DNA of 64,000 nt, taken from NCBI GenBank assembly GCA_951406725.2, contig OX597820.1, positions 16,306,001 to 16,370,000 on the forward strand, given 5' to 3'. Below the pieces are notes generated by a model. That model ran no database searches. It was not told the DNA's origin and saw only the letters and a list, made by a program, of their open reading frames with translations. This DNA is from Octopus vulgaris. Taxonomy: Eukaryota. This document shows positions 12,927-27,249 of this stretch, in pieces (positions within the stretch are counted from its first letter, which is position 1; every line of letters starts with the position of its first letter). The position numbers and the translations under genes were made by a program.

Positions 12927-13160
12927 CAGAGTTGGCCAAGAGTCACCTGACAATAAATCAAAACCATTTAATTTCAAGATCTATTTATCTATGTTTTACA
13001 ACTGAAATGAATTTAATAAAAGCATCTAAATATGAAACATGAACACTGTTCAAACTGAAGTCCTTTTGAGCGACACATTTTTCCATTCGAGTCAATACAG
13101 AATTACAAATAGCATTTATGGAATTTCGATTTACTGTCATCTGACTTTTGGCCAAACCTG
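12927..13160. mobile_element. Tc1/mariner-type MITE
   Basis: TA-cagagttggccaagagtcacctgaca ... tgtcatctgacttttggccaaacctg-TA. Confidence 0.75.
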
Positions 13161-13323
13161 TATATATTAATATATAGATGCAAAGTTGAGGTTAGTAAAA
13201 TATGTTAGTTAAAACATATTTCAACTCCAAAAAACAAATTCACTGCAGTTACGTGGAGAAAATTTTCGCTTATGATAAAAAGACGTAAAAAACCATATCT
13301 GTTCAGTATTGCCATCTGTCAGG

Positions 13324-13372
13324 ATTCCCAGACATCGATGTTTCTAGCTTCTTAGTCGTTATCAATGGGAAT
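13324..13372 (-). ncRNA. Decayed minimal hammerhead-like motif
   Basis: attccca-TTGATAA-cgactaagaagcta-GAAA-catcgatg-TC-tgggaat; 7-bp stem I, palindromic helix III, two core substitutions. Confidence 0.55.
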
Positions 13373-13796
13373 ACCTAAGCGAGGCAACTCTGGTCAGACG
13401 TCATCAAAGCAGCTGAAATACCGCACAAACATATTTTAACCAATTTAAACTTTGTATATGCCTAAACACTGCTTGGCGCTAATATTACGATATATACATA
13501 TATCTAAATGATTTGTATAACACCTGCGTTTGACTCCATTTCTTAATTTATCCATGTTATACAAAAACATTTCACTTAACCCAGGAATTTCTACCTTTAT
13601 GAGTAGGCTGTAATATCTTTGGCACTTACGTGAATTTTGCTACCCTGGTAATTATTCATATATTTTATCCTTGTTATTTGTAGACAGGCTCGAAACGTAA
13701 AATACTTTTTCAATTCCCGAGCGTTATCCTAATACATCTGTTTGTTTTTTACACCACTTGTCTTCGTCTTTTGCTTTTTTCGTGAATCCTCTCTCA

Positions 13797-13865
<69 letters not shown>

Positions 13866-14122
13866 TGGATTTGGTAGGCGAAAACTAGAAGAGGTCTGTC
13901 GTATGTATGTAAGAGACCGATAGAATAAGTACTAGGCTTACGAAAAATAAGTCCTGGGGTCTGCTTGTTCGACTAAACGCGCTGCTCCAGCATGGCTGCA
14001 GTCAAATGACTGAAATAAATAAAAGTATAAAAGAATACATATATATTATACCTACATATATATATTTATACACACACACACATATATATACACAGGTAGA
14101 TGTATACATAGGTTGATATATA

Positions 14123-14158
<36 letters not shown>

Positions 14159-14180
14159 TGTATGTATGTATGTATGTATA

Positions 14181-15062
14181 CAGCGTGTCATGGGTAAATT
14201 ATCGCTATTTTATATTCTTAATTTCGTGCATGTGCATTTTTTGTTGTTTATTGCGTCGACTACACATTATCGTAGGGTCAGTTGGGTACCGTCTGTGAGA
14301 AAAGCTGCGCCATGACGCAATTCACTCTGCCAGAAATTTGGAAACGACACGCTATACTTCTTGGCATTCGCGCCGGAAGCTTCAATACGAATTTTAGAGT
14401 GTTTGGGTGTCAATTTGAGGACAGTGCAATCTAAGACTTGTACCGAGAATGAAAGAAACCAAACATCCAGTCAATATGATGGTGTTTGGAGTGATCACTA
14501 GTTGATGGCGATGTTATGCCTCCCTTCATCTTCCCACACGGCCTCAGACTCAACGCGGAGGCCTATAACAAGTACCCTGGGGGAGGTAGTGCTGCCCTGG
14601 GTCAAAAGAGTGGCAGCTGGAAGACCCTATGTCTGCAAAACGGGTCCATGCTACACAAGCAGGAGAACCCAGTCATGGCTGTCAGACAATTTCTGCGACC
14701 ACATCACTCCTAACATCTGGCTCCCTAATTCCCCAGACTGCAACCCGCTTAATTGTTATGTGCGGGACGCAGTTGAACGAGAGACCAACAAAGCTCCTTG
14801 TAACACCAAAGATGAGCTGAAGGCAAGGATTATGGCGGCATTCACCAACTTAAACAAGCAGAGCGTCCAGGAGAGTTGCAGGAGATTCCGAAGTCGTCTG
14901 AAGGCCGTGGTTAAAAGCAATGGCGATTTTACTGAATATATCTGATCTTTTGTATTTCAAGATAGTTTTATGTAATTTTGTTAAATAAATCTGTTAAAAT
15001 GAAATGTCATTGTTATTTTCATTTTTGCGTAATTCAGACGACAATTTATCCACTGCACCCTA
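14181..15062 (+). mobile_element. Internally deleted Tc1/mariner-superfamily transposon (maT/DD37D-like) with transposase C-terminal remnant
   Basis: Imperfect TIRs cagcgtgtcatgggtaaattatcg / cgacaatttatccactgcaccct; ORF 14502-14945 has WLPNSPDCNPLNCYVRDAVER..ELKARI..CRRFRSRLKAVVKSNG. Confidence 0.85.
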
Positions 15063-15070
15063 TAATATAT

Positions 15071-15130
<60 letters not shown>

Positions 15131-15243
15131 ATTTACCGAAAAATGGTCCTTTTTCATGCCGAATTCTACTTGGTGGAATTATTAATTACTAGTTAATTAA
15201 TTAATTTTACCCTTTATTATATATATATATATATATATATATA

Positions 15244-16362
<1,119 letters not shown>

Positions 16363-16382
16363 CATATTTATAGCATATTGTT

Positions 16383-16413
<31 letters not shown>

Positions 16414-16486
16414 CAGTGTCTGTGAGTCCATACCAGCAAAATTTCGAATTGTGATAAATCGGTTATTCTTGTAAATCATTGAAGTA

Positions 16487-16517
<31 letters not shown>

Positions 16518-16807
16518 TACACACACACACACACACACTCATACACATGGAGACACAAGTAGGGATTACAGTGTTAACAGTTTATGTGTCTATAAATACA
16601 CTCGAATACTTAAGAATCACTTAAAACATTCCATAAATAGAAAAGAGTCGACCAATTGGTTGGTATATTTGGACAAATAACATTTCGTGTGTACCAGGAA
16701 AAATGTTCGGCCATCGAAGAGGATACACAAATATCCGTGAATCACAGTATTTACCATCTGTGTGTGTGTGTGGTATGTGTGTGTGTGTGTGTGAAGGGAG
16801 AGTGTAT

Positions 16808-16851
<44 letters not shown>

Positions 16852-17011
16852 ATACACACTGACACATACACACAAACACAAACATATACTCACACACATA
16901 TTTACATGTGTTTGTGTGTGTGTGTGTATATGTATGTGTTTGTGTATGTGTGCATGTGTGTGTGTATGCTTGTGTGTGTTAGTATGAGAGTAGGTACTTG
17001 TCCACAGCCTC

Positions 17012-17072
<61 letters not shown>

Positions 17073-17319
17073 CCCGTATACATTGCCATTCTTTCCATTT
17101 CTTTATCGATTTATCTGTGTGTGAGTGTGTGTGTTGCCATCCATACCAATTGTCTATCTATCTGTCTACCTGACTATCTGTCTGTCTAACTACCTGTCTG
17201 TCTGTCCGTCTGTCTACCTGCCACCTTGAGCATAATCCTATGAACCCGGAAAAATTTAAAACAGAGTTACTCACTTGCAAATAAATGTGTTGACATGTGA
17301 CATTAATGACCGAGGTTAC

Positions 17320-17586
17320 CGTGGTCTTTTCCGTAGGCTTTTCTTTTCACGGATAAACCTTATCTGTTTCCCCCTTTACACTTTACATCATGACATTTCT
17401 GTGATACACGATCCCTATTGATCGTTTTTTATTTTCTTTTTTCATTTTTTTCCCCTTTTTCCTTTTTACAATCCCTTCTGATCGAAAACCTACCCACTTT
17501 TCTTTTCTTTTTCTCCCCAAAAAGAAAAGCTCGACTTTGAAATTTGTCCCTTGTGTGTTTAGCCCTGTGTGGCTAATAAAGAAACA
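17320..17586 (+). mobile_element. 3' end of a putative non-LTR retrotransposon (second copy 18003-18140)
   Basis: Both copies end ...agccctgWgtggctAATAAAgaaaca followed by a microsatellite; the tail resembles the Meta-core SINE tail. Confidence 0.55.
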
Positions 17587-17654
<68 letters not shown>

Positions 17655-18136
17655 CATTCATCTATCTACTGTCTATCTACCTATCTGTCTGTCTACCTGT
17701 CTATCTGTCCGTCTAACTACCTGTCTATCCGCCTGTCTATCTAGCTAACAATCTATCTATCTATCTGTTACCTGTGTGTGTGTATATGTTGAATGCTCGA
17801 AATGAGGAGTAGATAGACAGCCGACAACTCATGAAGAGTCCTTTCTCTGTATTTACTTGTCCTGTTTTCCATTTTTTTTTCTCGTTATTTATATATTTAA
17901 CTCGTTTGTTTACGTTTTTCGTGCTATTTGCACCATTGGTGATATCCTACACCCATACATGCATGCATATATAATGTATATATATATATATATATATATA
18001 TCTTTTTTTGTCCTCTTTCTTTCCTTTTACGATCCCTTTTGATCGAAAACCAACCCCCTTTTTTTTTACCCCCAAAAGAAAAGCTCTACCTTGTAATTTG
18101 TTCTGTCTGTGTGCAGCCCTGAGTGGCTAATAAAGA

Positions 18137-18262
<126 letters not shown>

Positions 18263-18376
18263 TATTGCTATCCTTTCTATTTATTTGTTTATTTATCTAT
18301 ATGTGTGTGTGTGCGTGCATGTGTGTGTATTCGTGTGTATGCATATGTATGTGTCAGTGTTAGCGCACGTGTGTGT

Positions 18377-18441
<65 letters not shown>

Positions 18442-18543
18442 AATAATGAGGGAGATAAATTAATATTAATTTTAATATCAATTTAAAACCAGTAATCTAG
18501 CATACAAAAAATCTGAGAAGTCAGAGAAAATTCTAATATATGT

Positions 18544-18609
<66 letters not shown>

Positions 18610-19487
18610 CATGTTAGTATGTATTTGTATATATGTGTATGCACAGTATACATACATACTTTCATACATTCATACATACATACATTCATACATACATATC
18701 TCATGTTTGTTCCATACCTAAAAATGTTTTTAAGAATATTTGTTGTACATCTTTCATTGTGGATCTCTACAGAGACACTCTTATCAAACACACACATACA
18801 CACACATACACACACATACACACACATACACACAAGCACACACAAGCACACACAAAGAGGCTTGTCATCCATTGGCTCCTTGACCGATATTTCCTTCCTT
18901 AGTGCTTCCCCCCCTCCCCAAATACTTATGACTTCACAGTTCTACCCATCAGTGCACATTTTCCCCTATCCTATCCTATCCTCTCCTCTCTACCCTCCCA
19001 CATCACTACGGTCTCACCTTAAAACTTTAAAGACCTTGTACGGTGTGACCGACTTCAATAGAAGAAACAGGCCACCTATATTTAAGAAATCGGAAATGTA
19101 CCGATTTCACATCACAAAATATTCGGAACTTGTAAAATTGTTTCTCCTTTCTAAAAATAGCATTCAACTATAAACAACTTGGTTCTATCTTTTGATGAAT
19201 CAGATGAATTCTGCGATCCACTTTCGAATTCCATGTCAGTTTCCTTCCTTCCTTTTGATTTTTATCCTTTTTTCTAAGATTTTTTTTTCTTATAAATTTA
19301 TATACATAGGTGCAGCTATGGTTGTGTAGTTAAGAAGCTCGCTTCGCAAACCAAATAGTTCCGGGTTCAGTCCCACTGTGTAGGAACTTGGGACAATTGT
19401 CTTCTATTACAGCCTCGGATCGACCAAAATCTTGAGTGGATTTGGTAGATGGAAACTGAAAGAAGCCAAATGTATATGTATATATAT

Positions 19488-19699
19488 ACCGGAGTAAACA
19501 CATAAATGTGAAACAAGGTGGAAAAAAGAGTACTCAAATACCAGTGGTAGAGTAATATGCGTTATTTAAAGCAGCAGGAAATTCAACAAAACCTGTTACC
19601 CTGAGTTTCACGTTCCCGTTCGTCGGACAGAGCATAACTGTCCGACGAACGGGAACGTGAAACTCAGAGTAACAGGTTTTGTTGAATTTCCTGCTGCTT
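19488..19699. mobile_element. Palindrome (62-bp arms, 7-nt loop) carrying two divergent hammerhead-like motifs
   Basis: 19569-19630 is the reverse complement of 19638-19699 (1 mismatch); each arm reads ctgt-CCGACGA-acg-ggaa-cgt-GAAA-ctcagRg-TA-acag. Confidence 0.75.
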
Positions 19700-19704
19700 A
19701 ATAA

Positions 19705-20135
<431 letters not shown>

Positions 20136-20140
20136 CAAAA

Positions 20141-20343
20141 TGTGACCGTGTGTGTACCGTTGTCGATTTTTTTTCTCCGTCTTCCCTTCTCTGGATCTTT
20201 CCTTTTCCAATGTTTCTGACGAAAATCTCCGCTCGAAACGTTAAACCCTCCTTCTTCCCTACCTTCCTGAGCGTCCAATAATATTATGTTTGTTCCACGT
20301 CCTCGCGTTGTTGTGTTTTCTCTTTGTGTTTTCATGTTTGGAT

Positions 20344-20348
<5 letters not shown>
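20141..20348 (+). mobile_element. About 200-bp hammerhead-bearing element, family A
   Basis: gttt-CTGACGA-aaatctccgctc-GAAA-cg-TT-aaac at 20212-20246; close copy at 52041-52247; flanked by (TA)n. Confidence 0.7.
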
Positions 20349-20423
<75 letters not shown>

Positions 20424-20454
20424 TGTATGTATGTATATATAAATATATATATTT

Positions 20455-20639
20455 CTTTTACACGTTTCAGTCATTTGACTGCGGCCATGCTAGAGCACTA
20501 TTTTTAGTCGAACAAATCGACCCCAGGACCTATTCTTTGTAAGCCTAGTACTTATTGTATTGGTCTTTTTCGCCGAACCGCTAGGTTTCGGGGACATAAA
20601 TACACCAACATCGGTTGTCAAGTGATGGTGGGGAAACAA

Positions 20640-20708
<69 letters not shown>

Positions 20709-20850
20709 GCTTCTTTCAGTTTCCGTCTACCAAATCCACTCGCAAGTCTTTGGTCATCCCGAGGCTATAGTAGAAGACACTTGCCCAAGGTGCCACGCAG
20801 TGGGACTAAACCCAGAACCATGTGATTGGGAACACAGCCTAACCTGCGCC
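20455..20850 (-). mobile_element. Family K SINE
   Basis: Reverse complement of 6665-7071. Confidence 0.9.
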
Positions 20851-20884
<34 letters not shown>

Positions 20885-20887
<3 letters not shown>

Positions 20888-21372
20888 TAATCCTTCGACT
20901 ATCGCAGATGTTACGTTCCAAAACCTCCCGTGATAGGTGAGAATCCGTGAAGTAGAAACACTACTGTACTGTGCATATTTTTTTATCATTTTTATAATTT
21001 ATATATATTTATTTTATTATAAATGCAAAACAACACCACACACTCGCCTCCCGTGTTTCGTTTTCCATACATTATTCTTTGTTTATTCATCTGCGGTACA
21101 CTACGTATTTTCCTTTGATTTATTTCAATCAGTGTGTTATACAGTGCAATACCGTACTCCATTTTTAATTATCAATTTATTAATTTTTAGGCGTGAAAAT
21201 GCTTATTTTACCACAGAGTTAATTAAAATCTAAAGAAATATAAAAACCTATCGACCGCAGGAACACGCGATATACGGAGGAGTCCGCGATATAAATTTAC
21301 ATATATTAGCCAGAAAAATCCACGATGTACTGAGTGTGTGACAGGTGAACAGTGATATAGCGAGGGTTTACT
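20885..21372. mobile_element. pogo/Tigger-like MITE
   Basis: TA-cagtaatccttcgactatcgc ... gtgatatagcgagggtttacta imperfect TIRs. Confidence 0.65.
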
Positions 21373-21394
21373 ATGTGTGCGTGTATGTGTGTGT

Positions 21395-21451
<57 letters not shown>

Positions 21452-21654
21452 TGCCTGTTTCCCACCCATCACTTGACAACTAGCGTTGGTGTCTTTATGT
21501 CTCCGCAATTTAGTGGTTCGGCAAAAGATCCGATAAAATAAGACCCACATTTAAAAAGTAATAAGTATTGGACTCGATTCCTTCGACTAAAAACTCTTCA
21601 GCAAGGCCATAGTCTAACGAGTGAAACAAGCAAAAGACAAGATAAAAATATGCA

Positions 21655-22889
21655 TCAGGTCATCCCATAAGTTCTGTCCGAATTTTGAATAAAGAAAACA
21701 AATGATCAAATGTTATATTTAATTGAAATTTAATCATCAATGCACTTTCCTTGATTATCTATGACTTCCTTCCATCAATGTAAAACTCTTTTGGTTTCAA
21801 AGCGAAGAACTCTGAAATGTCAGTTTTGACCTCCTCCTGGCTTGCGAAATGATTCTGTAAACTACGAAACAAATGGTAGTCTGAAGGAGCAAGGTCGGGA
21901 GAATAAGGTGGATGAGGAATTTTTTCCCAACCAAGCTCTTCGATCTTCTGTGATGTAATCTTTGCAGTGTGGGGTCACGCATTGTTTTGATGAAACATCA
22001 CTCCTTTTTGATTCACTAAAGCGGCTCTTTTTTTCTTCAAAGCTTGGTTCAAACGCTCTAATTGCTGACAGCAGACTTGAGCATTGATTGTTGCATTAGG
22101 TGGTAATAATTCAAAGTGAATTACTCCTTTGCAATCCCACCAGATAGAGAGAAGAACCTTTTTCCTATGAAGTTCCCTTCTCGGTTGTGGTTGAGCTTTT
22201 GCCCTTTTAACAAGCCAGTGTTTAAGATGTTTAACATTTCGATAGAAGATCCATTTTTCTTCACCAGTCACAAGTCTATCCAAAAAGGGTGAAATGAGTT
22301 CGCAAGAATGGAGAGAAGAGCAGATGTCAACTCGGGATTTGCGGTTGCTTTCGGACAATTCATGAGGCACCCATTTTCCAAGTTTAGGAACCTTTCCAAG
22401 TTGTTGAAGATGACGATGGACAGTTGTATGGTTTGAACTAATCTTTATTGTCAATTCTTCAACTGATAATGCAGGATTTTCTTCAAGTAATGCCTCATCA
22501 AACTCAACTGAACGTCCTGTTTGATCTTCATTCTCAAGGCTGAAATCTCCACTTCTGAATTTTGCAAACCATCTTCTGCAAGTTCTTTCATTCAAACATT
22601 CTTTCCCATAAACTGAGTGTATGTTTCGAGTCGCTTCGGCTGCAGAGTTTCCTTTTTTATACTCATAAAGCATTATATGTTTCAAATGCTCTTTGAATAC
22701 TTCCATGTTAGAAAGGGTTTTAATCAAAGAAATTTTAATTCTATTATTCTGTAAAATAATATTTAATTCGTTTAAATGTACACAAATACATAAAAATAAT
22801 TTTTAATTCCATTAGACATTCTAAAACACTATAAAATTTCATTCAGTTTTTAAAAGGTAAAATCGGACAGAACTTATGGGATGACCTGA
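21655..22889 (-). mobile_element. Near full-length mariner (DD34D) transposon, inactive
   Basis: TIRs tcaggtcatcccataagttctgtccga at 21655 and its reverse complement ending at 22889, followed by TA; 1235 bp. Confidence 0.95.
21800..22706 (-). pseudogene. Mariner transposase pseudogene
   Basis: 250-aa ORF 21975-22727 with HTH region, WVPHEL, LVTGEEKW (D to E) and HQNNA (D to N), then a premature stop; PYSPDLAPSDYHLFRS follows downstream. Confidence 0.95.
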
Positions 22890-23069
22890 TATATACGAAT
22901 GGCAAAATCGATGCCGGAGTTGTTTCAACCCGGAGAGGACCGAAACAAATGCAGCATGGCAATTTGTCGGACACTTCAACGATTCCATGAATGCAATGCT
23001 CTTATTATCTCCCTTCTTCCCAGCTCTCTTCTGTGACCCCTCTGTCCGGCATTCGAAAATGATAGATCG

Positions 23070-23242
23070 CTAGCCACGAAACCTTTTTCTATTTTCTCTC
23101 CCTGTTTATTTCTGTGTTCCTTTCTGTCAAAGAGTATAAGCTCGAAACGTAAACAACTTTCTAACTTCCCGAGCGTTAAACTAATACATCTGTTTGTTGT
23201 TTACACACCCGTCTTCGTCTTTTTTTTTTGTAAATTCTCACT
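23070..23242 (+). mobile_element. Family A hammerhead-like element (decayed)
   Basis: ttt-CTGTCAA-a-gagt-ataa-gctc-GAAA-cg-TA-aac, then the shared tail ttcccgagcgttaaactaatac...gtcttcgtc, ending in (TA)n. Confidence 0.6.
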
Positions 23243-23271
23243 ATATATATATATACATAAATATATATGTA

Positions 23272-23750
<479 letters not shown>

Positions 23751-23814
23751 GTACATATATACATATGTATATATGTATGTATGTGTGTGTGTATATGATT
23801 GACCATGATTGACC

Positions 23815-23990
23815 GCTAACTCAACAAGTTTTTATTCTCACTCTCTGTTTATATCCTCGTGTTCCTCTCTGTTGAAGAGCGTAGGCGCGAAACATAGATG
23901 ACATTCTCACCTTCCCGAGTGTCAAATTAATACACCTGCCTGTTGTTTATACACCTGTCTTCGTCATTTATTTTATTGTAAATTTCAACT
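23815..23990 (+). mobile_element. Family A hammerhead-like element (decayed)
   Basis: CTGTTGA-a-gagc-gtag-gcgc-GAAA-ca-TA plus the shared tail, ending in (TA)n. Confidence 0.55.
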
Positions 23991-24009
23991 GTATATATAT
24001 ATATTTATT

Positions 24010-24067
<58 letters not shown>

Positions 24068-24071
<4 letters not shown>

Positions 24072-24455
24072 TGTGTGGTAAGTAGCTTGCTAACCAACCA
24101 CATGGTTCCGGGTTCAGTCCCACTGCGTGGCATCTTGGGCAAGTGTCTTCTGCTATAGCCCCGGGCCGACCAATGCCTTGTGAGTGAATTTGGTAGACGG
24201 AAACTGAAAGAAGCCTGTTGTATATATGTATATATATATATGTGTGTGTGTTTGTGTGTCTGTGTTTGTCCCCCTAGCATCACTTGACAACCGATGCTGG
24301 TGTGTTTACGTCCCCGTCACTTAGCGGTTCAGCAAAAAAGAGACCGATAGAATAAGTACTGGGCTTACAAAGAATAAGTCCCGGGGTCGAGTTGCTCGAT
24401 TAAAGGCGGTGCTCCAGCATGGCCGCAGTCAAATGGCTGAAACAAGTAAAAGAGA
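24068..24455 (+). mobile_element. Full-length family K SINE
   Basis: Homologous to 6665-7071. Confidence 0.9.
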
Positions 24456-24913
24456 AAATGTATGTATGTATGTATGTATGTATGTATGTATGTATGTATG
24501 TATGTATGTATGTATGCATGTATGTATAGACAGGTAGATATAGATATAAGAAAGAGGGCTGACGAAATAATAAACGGTTGTTTTATGAACTTCATCAGCT
24601 TATAGCTATCTCTGCTTTGAGATGCAGTGGACAGACAGTTGACTGCCCAAACAACACCTTATAGCTTCATAGGAGCTTCGAATATGAAGTGCAGTTTATT
24701 TGGGAAGGAATTACTTTTGTACCTATACAGAGAACGGCATCAACAATGAGAAAAAATTCCATACAGATGTATATAAGAAAAGTGTATACACTTTTCTCAT
24801 TGCTGATGTCGTTCTCTATATAATAACAAATGTAATTCTTTCCCAAATAGGAAAGATATCACCCATACCATCAACATTGGTCTAAAAATATCTGATTGTC
24901 GCTAAGCTATCTG

Positions 24914-25310
24914 CAGGGTGTTCAAAAGGTCTCTCCACGGTAAGTATTTTATTGCAAAATAAATATTTATAAGATGGTATAAAGACTACAAAAGAATATA
25001 TTAGACTTTACAAGACTCTAAAAAACTTTATAAAAGGTGTTGAAAGTGTCAGCCTTCCTTCATTTTCAATACATAAGTTGACTCTTCTACACATGTTTTG
25101 AAATACATGTTGGAGAGTCTGATGCGGTATGGACCGTGTGAATGTTATCATTGCGTCTTTTAGCTCATTAAAGATTTTCGGGTGATTCTTGTACACTGAT
25201 CCTTTACTTGCTCCCCAGAAGAAATGTCTGGCAGTGTTATATCAGGTGATCTTGGTGGCCAAAGTCCCTTCGAAATAATCCGTTCGCTGAAAAACTCTTG
25301 AAGTAGCACC
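24914..25310 (-). mobile_element. 3' end of a Tc1/mariner-superfamily transposon (rosa/Tc3-like)
   Basis: TIR cagggtgttcaaaa; minus-strand WPPRSPDI.. then VYKNHPKIFNELKDAM..CRRVNLCIENEG. Confidence 0.8.
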
Positions 25311-25324
25311 ATTTATTCTTTTTA

Positions 25325-25505
25325 TTTTTTACCCGTTTCAGTCATTTGACTGTGGCCATGCTGGAGCACCGCTTCTAGTTGAGCAAATCGACCCCAGGAG
25401 TTATTCTTTGTAAGCCTAGTACTTATTCTATCGGTCTCTTTGACCGAACCGCTAAGTTACGGGGACGTAAACACACTAGCATCGGTTGTCAAGCGATGTT
25501 GGGGG

Positions 25506-25584
<79 letters not shown>

Positions 25585-25748
25585 CGACGGGCTTCTTTCA
25601 GTTTCTGTCTACCAAATCCACTCACAAGGCTTTAGTTGAATCGATGATATAGTAGAAGACACTTGCCCAAGGTGCCACGCAGTGGGACTGAACCTGGAAT
25701 CATGTGGTTCGTAAGCAAGCTACTTACCACACAGCCACACCTGCGCCT
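25325..25748 (-). mobile_element. Full-length family K SINE
   Basis: Reverse complement of the family consensus seen at 6665. Confidence 0.9.
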
Positions 25749-26223
25749 GGAAAGAATTTTTGAACTCCCTGTATAATACTATACGCAAGAAGGATTGTCC
25801 TGGCGGTCATACCAATGACACAGAACTAGAGTATACACACACCTTTAAAAATAAAACTAATGAAACATTCCAATAAAAATAGCCACTCGCTATAAGCACA
25901 ACAAGCCCGATATTGTTATATAGGATTGGGAGAAAACTTATGAAATTTTGTTGAGGTGAGTGCACATGTCTTATTGAATATTGTGTAAAAGACCATCTTT
26001 GTAGGGCTAAGGAGAAACTTACAGCTCGTATATCATAGGGGAACTGGATTGAGTAGCAACAAATTTACATACTAGACTAGAAATACTGTGGTTTCTCAAG
26101 GAAAGGACAAAGTGAACAGATTTGCATATTTTGAGGCCCCGAGACTCATATCACGTGGTCATGTAGAATGCACATACGCGGACACAGGCACACACATAAA
26201 CAGAAATGAAACGCACACACACG

Positions 26224-26262
<39 letters not shown>

Positions 26263-26511
26263 ACAGATAAACCAATTCAAATAACAACAGACCCCCAAGA
26301 GCTATCGTGACTAAAACAAAAGTGTTTGTCATTTTGTTAGCGACTGGTTCACATTCTACAAAAGGAAAAACTTCAATAAAGCCATACACACACACACGCA
26401 CATTCACACACACATACATACACACACACAGACAGACATGCATACATATATGTGCATATGTGTATAAATATGTAATATATTTATTATATATAATAAGTAT
26501 ATACATAAAAA

Positions 26512-26745
26512 AAATGCGCCCTTTTAAAGCCAAGCCAGGCTCATGGGCCCGGTTTCCCGGTTTCTATGGCGTATGTGTTCCCCAGCTGGACGAGATCCCA
26601 GTCCATCGCATCGTTACTGAGTGGACTGGAGCAACGTGAAATGAAGTGTTTTGCTCAAGAACACAACGCGTCGCCCGGTCCAGGAATCGAAACCACAATC
26701 TTACGATCATGATGCTGACACCCTAACCACTAAGCCACGCGCCTC
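26512..26745 (-). mobile_element. tRNA-head SINE with CORE-like segment
   Basis: Reverse complement gaggcgcgtggcttagtggttagggtg..ggtttcgattcc..ttgagcaaaacacttcatttcacgttgctccagtccactcag. Confidence 0.8.
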
Positions 26746-26767
26746 TACTACGTATATACATATCTAT

Positions 26768-26879
<112 letters not shown>

Positions 26880-27249
26880 GCACACACATACTCATACATA
26901 CATATATACATACATACATGCATACATACATGCATACATGCATACACACATACATACATACATACATACATACATACCTACATACATAAATACATACATG
27001 CATACATGCATACACACATACATACATAATACATACATACATACATACATACATACATAAATACATACATACATACATACATACATACACACATACATAC
27101 ATACATACATACATACATACATACATACATACATACATACATGCATGCATACATGCATACATACATACATGCATATGTACGTACGTACATATATGCATAT
27201 ACATATTTACAGGTAGATATATAGAAACAAAAAGCAGCATTCTGTACAT

